64,000 nt of DNA, taken from sequence record MG655267.1, one strand, 5' to 3'. Under the pieces are notes generated by a model that had not been told where the DNA came from, ran no database searches, and was given only the letters and a program-made list of their open reading frames with translations. The position numbers and the translations under genes were made by a program. Numbering within the stretch: position 1 is the stretch's first letter; each line of letters opens with the position of its first letter. This document shows positions 9,801 through 19,085 of the stretch, one piece after another.

Positions 9801-11391
9801 GCAACGTGTGCGTGGTGCCGAGCGTATCTCGGGTGCTATCTATCTGGAACTCGTGCGTTCAATGCGTATCCAGAAAGCGCGTGCTACGTCATCGAAGGTG
9901 GGCTTGGAATTACACCCAGATGCAGTCTGGTTTGATTTGATGCAGGATACCTCCGCGATTCCGGTCGAAGAGTGTAACCCGATTCACAACATCAAAGACA
10001 TGGAAGTGATCACGTATGGCGGAAGCGGTGGGCGTACCTCACGTTCCATGACCAAGCCGACACGTGAATACATCAAAGACAACATGGGGATGATCTCTGA
10101 AGCTTCGGTCGATAACGCCGATGTAGGGTATACCGCGTACATGTCGATGGACCCGTTGATGACCGACCTGCGCGGGAACACCCAAGCAGCGACCGATGAC
10201 ACCAGTCCGACGCATATCGTGTCAACCTCGGCGTTGTTAGCGCCAGCGGCTGACCGTGATTCACCGAACCGTACCAACTTCATTTCGATTCAGCACTCCC
10301 AGGCAATGTATGCGGATGGGTATCAAACCACCCCGTATCGTACTGGCGCTGAGCGTATGATTGCACACCGTGCCTCTAAACTGTTTGCCTATGCAGCGGA
10401 AGAAGATGGTGTGATTACCGAGATCTCTGCGAAGCACTTAATGGCGCAGTACAAAGATCGTCGGGTTGGGGTCGAGCTCGGGATTCGTTACGGGAATGCT
10501 TCTGGTACCACGTATGTGCATCCGATCATCACCGACATGGCGGTAGGGCAGGCGTTTAAGAAAGGTGACATTCTGTGTTGGAACCGAAATTACTTTGAAC
10601 GTGATTTCATGGAACCGATGCAGTGCTCTTGGAAGGCAGGGGCGATGGTGCGGGTTGCATTAATGGAAGAAGAGTTTACCTTTGAAGACTCCTCGGTCAT
10701 TTCGCAAACCACCGCCAAGCGTCTTGGAACCCGGACGGCGAAGCCAATTGCTATTACAGTTGACTTCACTCAAGAGGTGCGTAACTTACTCCCGGTCGGC
10801 ACACAAGTAGACCCGGAAACTATTTTATGTACCCTGGAAGATCCAGTCACGGCGAACCTTGGGCAGTTTGATGACGAGTCATTCGACAGTTTACGAATCC
10901 TTGCCAACAAAAACCCGAAAGCCAAAGTTACCGGTGAGATCGCAAGGATCGAAGTAACGTATCGCGGCAGTGTCGATGACATGTCCGAATCGTTAGGGTT
11001 GATCGCGAACCGCTCTGACCGTGAACGCACTAAACTCAATCGTCAGCTGGGTAACAATGAAGCGAACACCGGTGAGTCATTGACACCGATTCGTGTTCAA
11101 GGGACTCCACTGGAAGCCAACCAGGCGATCATCGAAGTTTACGTCATTACCCCAATGCCGACACTGTCAGGCGATAAAGGGGTGTTTGCTAACCAGATGA
11201 AATCCACCTTCGGGTCGATCATGCCAGATGGTATCACGACAGCCTCCGGCAAACGCCTGGATGCGAAGTTTAGTAACAAGAGTATTGCCAACCGTATGGT
11301 AACCTCTCCTTACGTGATGGGCACCACCAACGTCCTTCTTGACACCATTACCCGTAAAGCCTGTGCGATGTACAAACGTCTCAAAGGTTAA
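6808..11391 (+). CDS. Virion RNA polymerase beta subunit, large N-terminal part (phiKZ gp178-like), 1527 aa
   Basis: Beta-type motifs DRDSPNRTNFISIQHSQ, FTFEDS and GDKGVFANQMKS. Size and position next to the beta' fragment fit. AAGGTG RBS. Confidence 0.9.
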   Translation: MILYNAFFRRTVVRKKEQIFGPRFLQLSQFELPRGSLLHYIPTDLTEQGIENNDLLINRYSDDIYIDHVPQIQTPLGNPQRKPISLMPAIKRYHNTHRRFKLVRNINSVIRNKLYMIVENYAIAQHQLVYRPAMYSNYYRWYNMQYTVMHNMTRLQGESDRNQFVYLPIPASLPQLAQLKIYEERLSAGLDKVSNGTGLENFDDLSAEARIGYAMEAMLEYQDTADLSQPMARDQAMAFQTLVMNATNDTVNLAQRIPGYYNGDAGSVLRVGMEALGAYASKVMNFTPQLSMAVMNRLRTPADYWFIHFWMWLGNQREASLFSMLDHDKLDKIHLVLGNVGAYSVIRLDILDQWRTEILSKTSNPETAVQNFRKHILKFLTRLFDVKNGNELVIEHLDDGADAHEVGEEGQEIAPEQGSVVPPTADTGLFGTELPTLDDPAPVVASSTKKGTSKGKDIGSALNDEEPIDAVDLYETRTLADDIDDDEFNHDTESRRGEAAAYTDTSTNPEDGVLLYLERLSDAGVLTVAEYKRFQQLAVAYKNIPNPVGEGTLADLMIIDPLKVTDLGGLDAPDSISIIDKGLLKSSTKDFDKNYIKNLMEADILNAVLSIQNSGVAIIDYQREEKKDARNSYVVYSVQVQPVGGKVTTLRFRVPKLNEDGTSVVNGVKSRLRKQRVDIPIRKVSASKVSLTSYYGKLFMERSELSVHNYSEWLSRRIKALAIADTPEITRLVLGRSFDPKVRVPHLYAILASQFKGFQYLDYTFNFNRREMVAVFGEEVIEKYAENRFVVCGMIEDSPLLMDDNGTLYQANNDVLSNLGDFETLIGLDVSKAPIETVVLGVFRQKVPIGVILAYYYGLGAMIEQFNLQVRTANRGERYQLTKDERAILFNDEVLIFNRTDRLGAMLLNGFNSYAKEVSRFSRYDFDRKSVYLNVLSSAGMGVRWLREFDLMREMYIDPITREELLKMNAPVKFDLLLVHGTKMLLNDQHIRETSFREQRVRGAERISGAIYLELVRSMRIQKARATSSKVGLELHPDAVWFDLMQDTSAIPVEECNPIHNIKDMEVITYGGSGGRTSRSMTKPTREYIKDNMGMISEASVDNADVGYTAYMSMDPLMTDLRGNTQAATDDTSPTHIVSTSALLAPAADRDSPNRTNFISIQHSQAMYADGYQTTPYRTGAERMIAHRASKLFAYAAEEDGVITEISAKHLMAQYKDRRVGVELGIRYGNASGTTYVHPIITDMAVGQAFKKGDILCWNRNYFERDFMEPMQCSWKAGAMVRVALMEEEFTFEDSSVISQTTAKRLGTRTAKPIAITVDFTQEVRNLLPVGTQVDPETILCTLEDPVTANLGQFDDESFDSLRILANKNPKAKVTGEIARIEVTYRGSVDDMSESLGLIANRSDRERTKLNRQLGNNEANTGESLTPIRVQGTPLEANQAIIEVYVITPMPTLSGDKGVFANQMKSTFGSIMPDGITTASGKRLDAKFSNKSIANRMVTSPYVMGTTNVLLDTITRKACAMYKRLKG

Positions 11392-11412
11392 CGGCGCAAC
11401 TGCAAGGTGATA

Positions 11413-12129
11413 ATGATGAACAAAGACATTTTAGAAGTCCAGCAGATGTTAATCGGCGGTGGCTTCAATGTCGGGAAAGCAGGTGCAGACGGTCTCTATG
11501 GCCCGAGTACTCGTGAAGCCCTTCGTCAGTGTATTGCCAAAGCAACCACCGGTGGGGCCGCAAGCCCCACCACTCCTATCGTTAGCACTGGCGATAGTTA
11601 TGACCTGGCCTGGAGTGCAAAAGTCACTCCAGAGTTTTGTCGTAAGGTTGAGCACATGGCACAAGCACTGCTACTGCCCGCTGATGGCGCCAACAACTTC
11701 ATGGCCTGCATGGCTTTTGAAACCGGCGAAACCTTCAGCCCCAGTATTCAAAACGGCGCCGGTGCACCTTACTATGGTTTGATTCAGTTTGGTGCCGATG
11801 CAGCTATCGATTTGAAAACCACCACTGATGCACTGCGTAAGATGTCGGCGTTTGATCAGCTGGATTACGTGTACGAGTTCTTCCGTCCGTATGCCGGCAA
11901 ACTCAAAACGCTGAGCGACATCTATATGCGTATTCTTTGGCCACGTGCCGTTGGGCAGCCAGAGTCGTATGAGCTGTGGAACAAAGTCAGTCGCCCTACC
12001 ACCTATCTTCAAAACCGCGGTTTGGACATCGACAAAAATGGTTCGATAACCAAAGCCGAGGCTGCGCAGATGGTGACGGCAAAATTAACGCGTGGCATGC
12101 AACCACAATTCCGTCGCAAGTTAACATAA
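11413..12129 (+). CDS. Modular lysin: N-terminal peptidoglycan-binding domain plus lysozyme/lytic-transglycosylase-like domain
   Basis: N-terminal 'VQQMLIGGGFNVGKAGADGLYGPSTREAL' is PG_binding_1-like, followed by a Thr/Pro linker. 'CMAFETGETFSPSIQN...YGLIQF' is a lysozyme-superfamily core (catalytic Glu, GLIQ). Confidence 0.8.
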   Translation: MMNKDILEVQQMLIGGGFNVGKAGADGLYGPSTREALRQCIAKATTGGAASPTTPIVSTGDSYDLAWSAKVTPEFCRKVEHMAQALLLPADGANNFMACMAFETGETFSPSIQNGAGAPYYGLIQFGADAAIDLKTTTDALRKMSAFDQLDYVYEFFRPYAGKLKTLSDIYMRILWPRAVGQPESYELWNKVSRPTTYLQNRGLDIDKNGSITKAEAAQMVTAKLTRGMQPQFRRKLT

Positions 12130-12153
12130 GTTTTTATCAGTAAGGAGAGGTGT

Positions 12154-12354
12154 ATGTCACAGGTTAGCCTGTATGATAACGCAAACGTCGTCGCGAACAT
12201 CATCAGTGTCACTGCTGCAGTGCATGAAGCTGTCGCCGGCAATGAGATCGCTGCATTGAGTTCGCCAAAAGACCCGGGTGCGTTAAGCTACCTGATCGCT
12301 GCGAAGCTGCAAGCGCGCATGGCTTCAATGATTGCCAACGGAGCCAATAAATGA
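12154..12354 (+). CDS. Small hypothetical protein (66 aa)
   Basis: Strong AAGGAG RBS; ATGA-coupled to the next gene. Confidence 0.7.
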   Translation: MSQVSLYDNANVVANIISVTAAVHEAVAGNEIAALSSPKDPGALSYLIAAKLQARMASMIANGANK

Positions 12355-13889
12355 TCAGAAAAAATGAAGCTGCTGCCGGTGTAGAACTGGCACAGTTACT
12401 CACCCGTTCTGGTGTGAGTTTAGTTGCTCAGGACAACCTGCCACTGGGTGCCCTGCGTCTGGCCACGGAAGTGGTTACACCTGTTAGCGATGATGATGTC
12501 GAAGCCACACTGGTAAATCGCACGAAAGCGGTGATGCTGGGCGGGGTAGAAGAAGATGGGTCACCGCGCATGATTCCGTCTGAACACGGTTATGCCAAAA
12601 GTCGTCTGGTTGATGCGATGGCTGCCGGTGTGAAAGCGGTGATCAGTGCGGCTCGTACTACGGTCATTCCGTTGATCCGCAGTTCACACGATGCGGTGGA
12701 CAAATATGTCGCTGAGAAAACTGACCCGCTGGCGATGATGCCGGACCTGGCCGTTTACAACTACGACGCGGTGTGGGATTCGCAGATCGTCGATGGTGTG
12801 GTTACGCACTACGCACAGGTAGCGCTGGTTGGCATGCCGATTGTTAGCCTGCCCGATCTGAGCGATGAGCAATTGGCTGAGCTGGTTTCCTCTGGTTCAT
12901 CTGAGCTGCGTGACTTTGTTCAGCGTCTGACTGCGTCTCAGCCGGATCTGGTGCGGGCGATTTATCAGGTGTGGTTCCAGGGTGCAGCGGTGTCTGATTC
13001 GGATGACTTCAGTTATCTGAGCCGCTCGCTGACGGTGACTGCAGATGCACGTGCGTTGGCGATTACCGGTAATGATCCACTGGATGTGTGTCGTTCGTAC
13101 GAACCTATCGTGCTGGCGTATTTGATGGCTGACAACCTGTACAACAACCCGGTTGCGGGTTCAGGTCTGGGTGCTGATCGCTATGCCATGGTGACGTCTG
13201 CCTTCCGGGCGCACTTTGCCAAATGCATGGAGCGGATCTATCGCGTGCGTTCCGGTAACCTTGATCGTAAGATCCTGGTCATTAGCATGCCGGTGGTTGA
13301 CTCTTGGCGTTCTTATGCGCTGACCGGTGAACGTCTGCTGATCAATGGCGATGTGTATAAATGGTACCTGGAAGCCGGTGGGTCGGTGGAAGCGCTGGTT
13401 GGGAACTGTTATACGGAGCGTTCTATTAATGCCCGTACTATCCTCGATGCCAAAGACCGTCTCGAAGCGGAGTTTGCGCGTATTGGTAGCATGGCCAAAT
13501 CCATTGCGGTCACTAACCTGCACACGCTGACCATCCAGGGTATTTTGAACGTGGTGGAAAACCATGTGGTCAACGAGATCGATATCCAAGCGTGGGATAA
13601 GATGTACAGTAAGTACAACTACACCACGACCAAGAACGATGCGATCACGGATGTGCGTCATTACTTATCTTCTATTCAGAACGTTTCGACGTATGAAGCA
13701 GTGGATAACGTCCTGACCTATATCTTCGCCTCGATGATCTACGGTCCACTGGAAACTGCGCCGTTCATGCTGGCCATGGCAACGTACCCTGATCAGACGC
13801 TGTCTCCACGTGAGATTGCGGCCCATGTTGAAATCGACATGGTGCTCGACAACCTGCTGAACATGACGTACTACCGCGGCCTGCGTTGA
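12351..13889 (+). CDS. Probable virion structural protein (512 aa)
   Basis: Long ORF with strongly biased codons in the conserved vRNAP-protease block; function inferred from synteny. Confidence 0.6.
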   Translation: MIRKNEAAAGVELAQLLTRSGVSLVAQDNLPLGALRLATEVVTPVSDDDVEATLVNRTKAVMLGGVEEDGSPRMIPSEHGYAKSRLVDAMAAGVKAVISAARTTVIPLIRSSHDAVDKYVAEKTDPLAMMPDLAVYNYDAVWDSQIVDGVVTHYAQVALVGMPIVSLPDLSDEQLAELVSSGSSELRDFVQRLTASQPDLVRAIYQVWFQGAAVSDSDDFSYLSRSLTVTADARALAITGNDPLDVCRSYEPIVLAYLMADNLYNNPVAGSGLGADRYAMVTSAFRAHFAKCMERIYRVRSGNLDRKILVISMPVVDSWRSYALTGERLLINGDVYKWYLEAGGSVEALVGNCYTERSINARTILDAKDRLEAEFARIGSMAKSIAVTNLHTLTIQGILNVVENHVVNEIDIQAWDKMYSKYNYTTTKNDAITDVRHYLSSIQNVSTYEAVDNVLTYIFASMIYGPLETAPFMLAMATYPDQTLSPREIAAHVEIDMVLDNLLNMTYYRGLR

Positions 13890-13909
13890 TCTAACAACTG
13901 GAAGAAAAC

Positions 13910-14635
13910 ATGGACCTGTCTAAATTAACACGCAATAAAGACAAGGTCCGTGCCAACCTTGTAAAGCTTGACGACAACTCAGTAGTTGCAAAAGGGGGAT
14001 GTAAGATTTACATCCCTGGTCGTTATGTCAACAAAGGGCTGGCAGGGATCGGCGACACGATCTGGACGGTGGGGATCTTTACCATCGTGACTGACTCGGG
14101 CTTTTATTGTACTGCGCTCGGACCAGCAACCATTACACTGGACCCGACTGATATTCGTCAAGTGAAAGTAGATGGTAATCCGTACTACGAGTTCTCTTTT
14201 GAACCCGGAGCGACGGTGATCCAATCTACCATCGTTGGTAAAAACGATCGTCTGATCGGTCCGTTGTTTAATGAGTTCCTGATTAACGGGAATGTGCCTT
14301 ACGGGTTTAATCTGCTGGACCTGATCAAGTTGTTCAAGTTATCACAAAAGTACTGTGGGTTTACCATGGGTACGAACAACCAGATCTTCGAAGCGATCGT
14401 GAACATCGTGGCACGTGATAGCAAAGACCTGAACAAGCTGTATCGCTATACGGTGAACTCGCTGGATGAGATCTACACCAATCCGCCAACCATTATTGGG
14501 CTGCGCAATGCGGCGAAGACCTCAACCAATACCGTGGCGAAACTGGTGGGGAGTTATTTTGCTGACGGTCTGGTCTCTGCCTTGATCAACCCGTCTGATC
14601 GTGTTGAAGGCGTAGAAGAGATTCTGAGGAAATAA
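13910..14635 (+). CDS. Probable virion RNAP beta' C-terminal fragment (phiKZ gp176/SPN3US gp244-like)
   Basis: About 240 aa, in the position of the small beta'-C subunit between the structural gene and the prohead protease in phiKZ-like phages. Assigned by synteny and size; no catalytic motif is expected. Confidence 0.65.
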   Translation: MDLSKLTRNKDKVRANLVKLDDNSVVAKGGCKIYIPGRYVNKGLAGIGDTIWTVGIFTIVTDSGFYCTALGPATITLDPTDIRQVKVDGNPYYEFSFEPGATVIQSTIVGKNDRLIGPLFNEFLINGNVPYGFNLLDLIKLFKLSQKYCGFTMGTNNQIFEAIVNIVARDSKDLNKLYRYTVNSLDEIYTNPPTIIGLRNAAKTSTNTVAKLVGSYFADGLVSALINPSDRVEGVEEILRK

Positions 14636-14637
14636 CT

Positions 14638-15339
14638 GTGGACAACACTACGGCGATTAGCATCAATAACTTTTTGGACTTGTTCCCGAACACCATCCGC
14701 AACAATGTGGAGATCTTACAAGCCCCGGAAGGCGGTGAGGTGGTTTTCCATATTAGCACTAACCCGAAGATCAAGTTGTTTGAACCTCGGGTCTCTCGCC
14801 GTACCATGAATAAAGAAGACCGTAGTGTTCCTCGTATTTCTGCTGCTGCCACGTTAAATGGCTGCCTGTCTGGATACGCTGCGGCGATCTATGATTGGGA
14901 AGGGGTGTCTGCAGGGTGGGTCGGTGGCTGGAAGATTTACGCACTGACGTATGACATTGCACTAAAACCAAATAAAAAGATTCTGGCGGATGCAGAGAGC
15001 ACAGAAGAGATTTGGCTTGTCGGCTACGATAAAGAACACCGGGCTTATCCCGCTGTCCCGATGGGTGAGGTCTTTTTTGTTTCGGTTGCTCGTCAAACTA
15101 CCGGTGATAAGAACCGACCGCGCAAGACGGCAGTCGTGGCTTATCTGCGGGTTGGTGAAGGTTACACTTTGCCGTTGAACAAAACTACGTTATTACGCTC
15201 GGGCTTTTACCAGATCACGTATAACGATTATTACCAGGCGATGGATGTACGTAATCCTCAGGACATAATCGTTAAGCCGATCTCAGCTGCCGTTTACGGT
15301 GAGTATAAAAAACTCGATGCCGGGCTACTGAGCTTCTAA
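14638..15339 (+). CDS. Hypothetical protein with an ADP-ribosyltransferase-like motif pattern
   Basis: GTG start with GAGGA RBS. Motif order FHIS...FEPR...PRISAA.TLNGCL...KIY...DAESTEEIWL. Confidence 0.55.
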   Translation: MDNTTAISINNFLDLFPNTIRNNVEILQAPEGGEVVFHISTNPKIKLFEPRVSRRTMNKEDRSVPRISAAATLNGCLSGYAAAIYDWEGVSAGWVGGWKIYALTYDIALKPNKKILADAESTEEIWLVGYDKEHRAYPAVPMGEVFFVSVARQTTGDKNRPRKTAVVAYLRVGEGYTLPLNKTTLLRSGFYQITYNDYYQAMDVRNPQDIIVKPISAAVYGEYKKLDAGLLSF

Positions 15340-15360
15340 TCTTTACTTCTCGGTGAAATC

Positions 15361-16149
15361 ATGCCAGCGAATATTTCTTTTACTTGCCAGACCCTGCGTG
15401 GCACAAATAAAGCAGGCCTGTTGAAGCCGGATGAGAATGGGTATTACACTGTTCTTCTGGGTGGGTTCAACTTACGTAACGAGATGGGTAACTTCTATCC
15501 GTTCAACAAATACCTGGAAGAGATCTTTAAAGCCAGCTCAACCTTTATGCGTCGTGTTGAGCGTGGTCACCTGCGCGGTGAGATGGATCACCCCCAACCG
15601 TGGAAGGGAATGACGGAGCGGGAATGGTTCAGTCGTCTGCGTAAGATCGACATGGGGAATGTTTCACACCACATCCGTCGCGTGACCCTGGACTTCCAGA
15701 ACTACCGGAGTCAGCATGGCGAAACGATGGTGGCGGTGCTGGGTGAAGTCAAACCGGGTGGCGGTCCAATCGGTGATCGTTTAAAAGCCTCGCTCGATAA
15801 CCCGGATGAAGACACCTGCTTCTCCATTCGTACCCTGACCCTGGACCAACCAATGGTGACGGGTGCCTGGCGTAAGGATGTCTATGAACTGGTCACCTGG
15901 GACTGGGTGCCTGAGCCGGGTGTGCGTAATGCTACCAAGTATCACTCCCCGGGTCTGGAGTCGTTCCAGGAATACCCAATCAGTGCACAGACGGTACAGG
16001 ACGTTCTGGCGACCGGTAATAATGGCGCAATGGGTTACGGGCTGGAATCCGGCGGTAGCGACATGGCAGGCCTGAACAACCTGATGAAAGACTATGCAGC
16101 CGCACCGGGTCAGAAAATCCTGACACGTAAAGCGCATCTGCGTTGGTAA
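15361..16149 (+). CDS. Prohead (head maturation) serine protease (phiKZ gp175/SPN3US gp245-like)
   Basis: GEMDHP (catalytic His), FSIRT (catalytic Ser) and TWDWVPEPG (Asp) motifs; C-terminal GLES sites are candidate autocleavage sites. Confidence 0.9.
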   Translation: MPANISFTCQTLRGTNKAGLLKPDENGYYTVLLGGFNLRNEMGNFYPFNKYLEEIFKASSTFMRRVERGHLRGEMDHPQPWKGMTEREWFSRLRKIDMGNVSHHIRRVTLDFQNYRSQHGETMVAVLGEVKPGGGPIGDRLKASLDNPDEDTCFSIRTLTLDQPMVTGAWRKDVYELVTWDWVPEPGVRNATKYHSPGLESFQEYPISAQTVQDVLATGNNGAMGYGLESGGSDMAGLNNLMKDYAAAPGQKILTRKAHLRW

Positions 16150-16153
16150 TCTG

Positions 16154-16181
16154 AAGAGGGGGCTTCGGCCTCCTCTTATGC
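16154..16181 (+). terminator. Hairpin terminator with TTATGC tail
   Basis: AAGAGGGGGC-TTCG-GCCTCCTCTT, overlapping TTATGC(CG) at 16176-16181, directly after the protease stop codon. Confidence 0.8.
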
Positions 16182-16246
16182 CGTCTGTAAAATTTAACGG
16201 GGATTGCCCTTAGTATGTACAAAAACCCAACAGGTAGGAAACCGTC

Positions 16247-16750
16247 ATGATTGACCTTCCCCACGTGCTGGCAAAGTCGATCTTTGCTATGCATGATCTG
16301 GCGCGCTTCGTTGAACGCTATCAGAGAGCCCACAGCGCCATTGTAACGACGTATAGCAATGCAGCCATGGCTTTGGATGTCTCTGAGAAGAAAAGCCGTG
16401 ACAACGTGTTAGCGGCGCTTTTAAAGGATATCAACATTATCCTTATTGGCAACCCCGATACACAACCCTGGCCGTTGGTCGATATGAACCCGTATCACAT
16501 CGGTCTGGCGTTCCGTCATGAGATGTTGAACCTCATGATGCAGGATGACATCGGCATGGAGCAGCTTAACCTGTTCATTAACAAAGTGTACTTCCCTGCG
16601 TTGGTGTTAAAAGACCTGCAGACCATTTTGTTAACGCAAGGTAAATGCCCGCTGTATGACAAAGCGGTGGTGGATGCGATGGCCGGCTTAGCGCACCAAG
16701 CGGCGTGCTTGCGAACCAACAACGCATTAGAGGTACCGAAAGATGCCTGA
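16247..16750 (+). CDS. Hypothetical protein (167 aa)
   Basis: ORF with a TAGGAA RBS. Confidence 0.7.
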   Translation: MIDLPHVLAKSIFAMHDLARFVERYQRAHSAIVTTYSNAAMALDVSEKKSRDNVLAALLKDINIILIGNPDTQPWPLVDMNPYHIGLAFRHEMLNLMMQDDIGMEQLNLFINKVYFPALVLKDLQTILLTQGKCPLYDKAVVDAMAGLAHQAACLRTNNALEVPKDA

Positions 16751-16916
16751 GCAGGATTTAGCTTTACTGGTGAAAATGATCGCTGCAGGATACCAGAGAC
16801 AGATTGAGGCAGAACGCTTCAATGGCATGAGTCCGAAAACCCTGCACTTAAAAGCACTGCGTCAAGCTGCCGATGAGATGATCAACCCCGGGGTGATGGA
16901 TTCAAAAAAATCATAG
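16743..16916 (+). CDS. Small hypothetical protein (57 aa, MPEQDLALLVKMIAAGYQRQ...), not in the ORF track
   Basis: GAGGT RBS upstream; overlaps the upstream stop codon; fills the gap before the next promoter. Confidence 0.65.
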   Translation: MPEQDLALLVKMIAAGYQRQIEAERFNGMSPKTLHLKALRQAADEMINPGVMDSKKS

Positions 16917-16919
16917 CCC

Positions 16920-16927
16920 TATATTAC
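16920..16927 (+). promoter_or_regulatory. Early (vRNAP-type) promoter box TATATTAC
   Basis: Exact match to the phiKZ early promoter consensus, with an A-tract upstream (16904-16910), ahead of the 17003 gene. Confidence 0.7.
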
Positions 16928-17002
16928 CCATGTGCTTTATACACTAAGTGTAAACACTATCGATAGCCATACACAAATTAACCCGTAAAAGGAAACTGTC
17001 AC

Positions 17003-17449
17003 ATGAGCAAGACCACTACTGAAGTCAACGCAGCTACCCGTACTCTGGCCGACTCACTGAAAGCAGCAATGACCGGCGGCGAGAAAGGTAACTATGCAAC
17101 GACTGAAACCTGGTATGCAGAAAACCTGCCAGAAGGTCTGACCATCGAACAGCGTCAGAAATTCCAGGAGCATGACACCACTGTGCTGGCAGCCGCCGCA
17201 TTGGCACTCGGTGAAGTGAGCGTTCCTGCAATGAAAGAAAACGGTGACATCACCGAAGCGACTGTTGCAGTTAATGTCGGTCATGACCGTATCACCGCAT
17301 CGGTGCTGCGCGATTACACCAACGGCAAAGAACAGTATCACGGTCACGTGATTGCGGCGTATGAAGTTAACAGCGCCGGCGCGAACAGTGGCCAGCTGGG
17401 TATTGCACTGAGCACCGTGCGTTCTCTGGCCGACGAACTGCTGGGTTAA
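17003..17449 (+). CDS. Hypothetical early protein (148 aa)
   Basis: AAGGAA RBS; codon usage typical of highly expressed genes; downstream of a TATATTAC box. Confidence 0.8.
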   Translation: MSKTTTEVNAATRTLADSLKAAMTGGEKGNYATTETWYAENLPEGLTIEQRQKFQEHDTTVLAAAALALGEVSVPAMKENGDITEATVAVNVGHDRITASVLRDYTNGKEQYHGHVIAAYEVNSAGANSGQLGIALSTVRSLADELLG

Positions 17450-17701
17450 TCACTAACCCAAACTGTAACCATGGGAAGCCTAGACACCTTCCCATGTTAA
17501 ACATCCCTGGCTGCAATACTGCAGTCATTCACTTATAAGTGCGAAGTCAACTCAAGCACCCATAAGCGAACCGAAGCATTCGAAAAATAGACAAAGTAAT
17601 CAAAGGTATGGTCCGGAAACCGTGCCTTTCTTTACTGTGTTTAATCCCAAATACAGTACGCCCTGCATTCAGAAAGAATGCCAATTGAAAAGGACAGTAC
17701 C

Positions 17702-18886
17702 ATGAAAATTGAATACACCATCGACCCAATCGCTTCGCCGATTAACGAACAACGTATCCTGGCGAATCGTTTCACTATCGACACCCCTGATCTCAGCATC
17801 ACCGGATTCATCTCATCACTCGATGTGCTGATCAAACCGACCGGTCCTGATGCGCGCCCACATGGCACCTACGACCGTCATCTCGCCTACGAGATTTCTG
17901 TTGTAATGAAAGATCTTGAGAAACGCTATCCGGCACGTCCAGATGGTTCATTTCGCTTGAACGTAAGTGTGGGTGACTTCCCAGAGAAAGAAGCGGATGG
18001 TTATACTCGCCGCTGGTTGCCTATCATCGGCTTGGAAGCTGAATCAGAAATCGACGCAATGCGTTTAGTTATCCGCGCACTCTTCGGTGAATTATTGCGC
18101 CCCCACGACTACTCACATACAGTGGTCAATAAAAAATACCTGCATGTCTGTGAGCAACTCATGGATCTGGGTTTGGTAAACATCCCTAACGGCGATTATA
18201 AAAGCCCACTGGTGATGACGCGTGTTCATGATGGTGAGGTCAGTGTTGATCGTGCATGGCGTGTGGTAAATAACAAGCTGGCGTTAAAGCGCACCATACT
18301 GACACGTCAGATTGATGCTAACACTCGCCAGACCCGGATGTTTACCCCAGCTGAACATCAGTTCTTTGAACTGGATGGAAGCTTGCCGTTTAATCCAACG
18401 CAGAATCGCGGTCATGGGTTCTTTCAACCGTGCCACAATTCAGGGTTGAGTCAGGACTCCTGGATGCGTCAACAAGCTGCTATGCAGATGAACGCCATGG
18501 GATCGGTTGCTCAATACGGATTGAATGCCATGAATTATCAGCAACCGTCAATGCAACACGGAGTACCAGCACATCACAATCGTTCGTTGGTTGAAAGTGA
18601 TCTGGGTCCACGTAACGAAGATACACCGATCCGTGGTAAGGTGAAGTATATCGAAGTAGCTCCTGTTTTGATTACTGAAGATAGCGCATCAATTGTCAAC
18701 GATGGCAGCCATAACGCATATGGCGTGTATCGTCGTGAAGAACTCGGTGGCGGTAACCTTGCCGTGCATATCGGTGACTTCCTGGACGGTGGGCTCGCTG
18801 TAGCGTACGCAACCAAAATGGGTAAGTTCTTCAATGTTGATGTCGAAGACTATGTTAGTCCTGCGCCTGCAGAATATAACAAGTAA
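17702..18886 (+). CDS. Hypothetical protein (~394 aa) with a Q/M/N-rich internal segment
   Basis: Long ORF; AAGGAC RBS favours the ATG at 17702. Confidence 0.75.
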   Translation: MKIEYTIDPIASPINEQRILANRFTIDTPDLSITGFISSLDVLIKPTGPDARPHGTYDRHLAYEISVVMKDLEKRYPARPDGSFRLNVSVGDFPEKEADGYTRRWLPIIGLEAESEIDAMRLVIRALFGELLRPHDYSHTVVNKKYLHVCEQLMDLGLVNIPNGDYKSPLVMTRVHDGEVSVDRAWRVVNNKLALKRTILTRQIDANTRQTRMFTPAEHQFFELDGSLPFNPTQNRGHGFFQPCHNSGLSQDSWMRQQAAMQMNAMGSVAQYGLNAMNYQQPSMQHGVPAHHNRSLVESDLGPRNEDTPIRGKVKYIEVAPVLITEDSASIVNDGSHNAYGVYRREELGGGNLAVHIGDFLDGGLAVAYATKMGKFFNVDVEDYVSPAPAEYNK

Positions 18887-18911
18887 TTAGTTTCCTGATA
18901 ACAATAATAAC

Positions 18912-19050
18912 GGCCCGGGGTAACACTTGGGCCGAGCTGTCTTTTTCCGCCATGGGGGGTTTCTGTTCCCCCTCTTTTTTTTATCCTAATTCACAAAGAG
19001 GTAGCCGGCAATGACCGGTTGCCCTTTCATACCACTCTTTTTTTTTTATT
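18912..19050 (+). terminator. Cluster of hairpins with T-tracts
   Basis: GGCCCGG-GGTAACAC-TTGGGCC, a GGGGG/CCCCC stem followed by a T-run, and GTAGCCGG-CAATGA-CCGGTTGC followed by a long T-run. Confidence 0.6.
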
Positions 19051-19085
19051 AAGATTACACACAGCATCCTCAATAGGTGACCATC

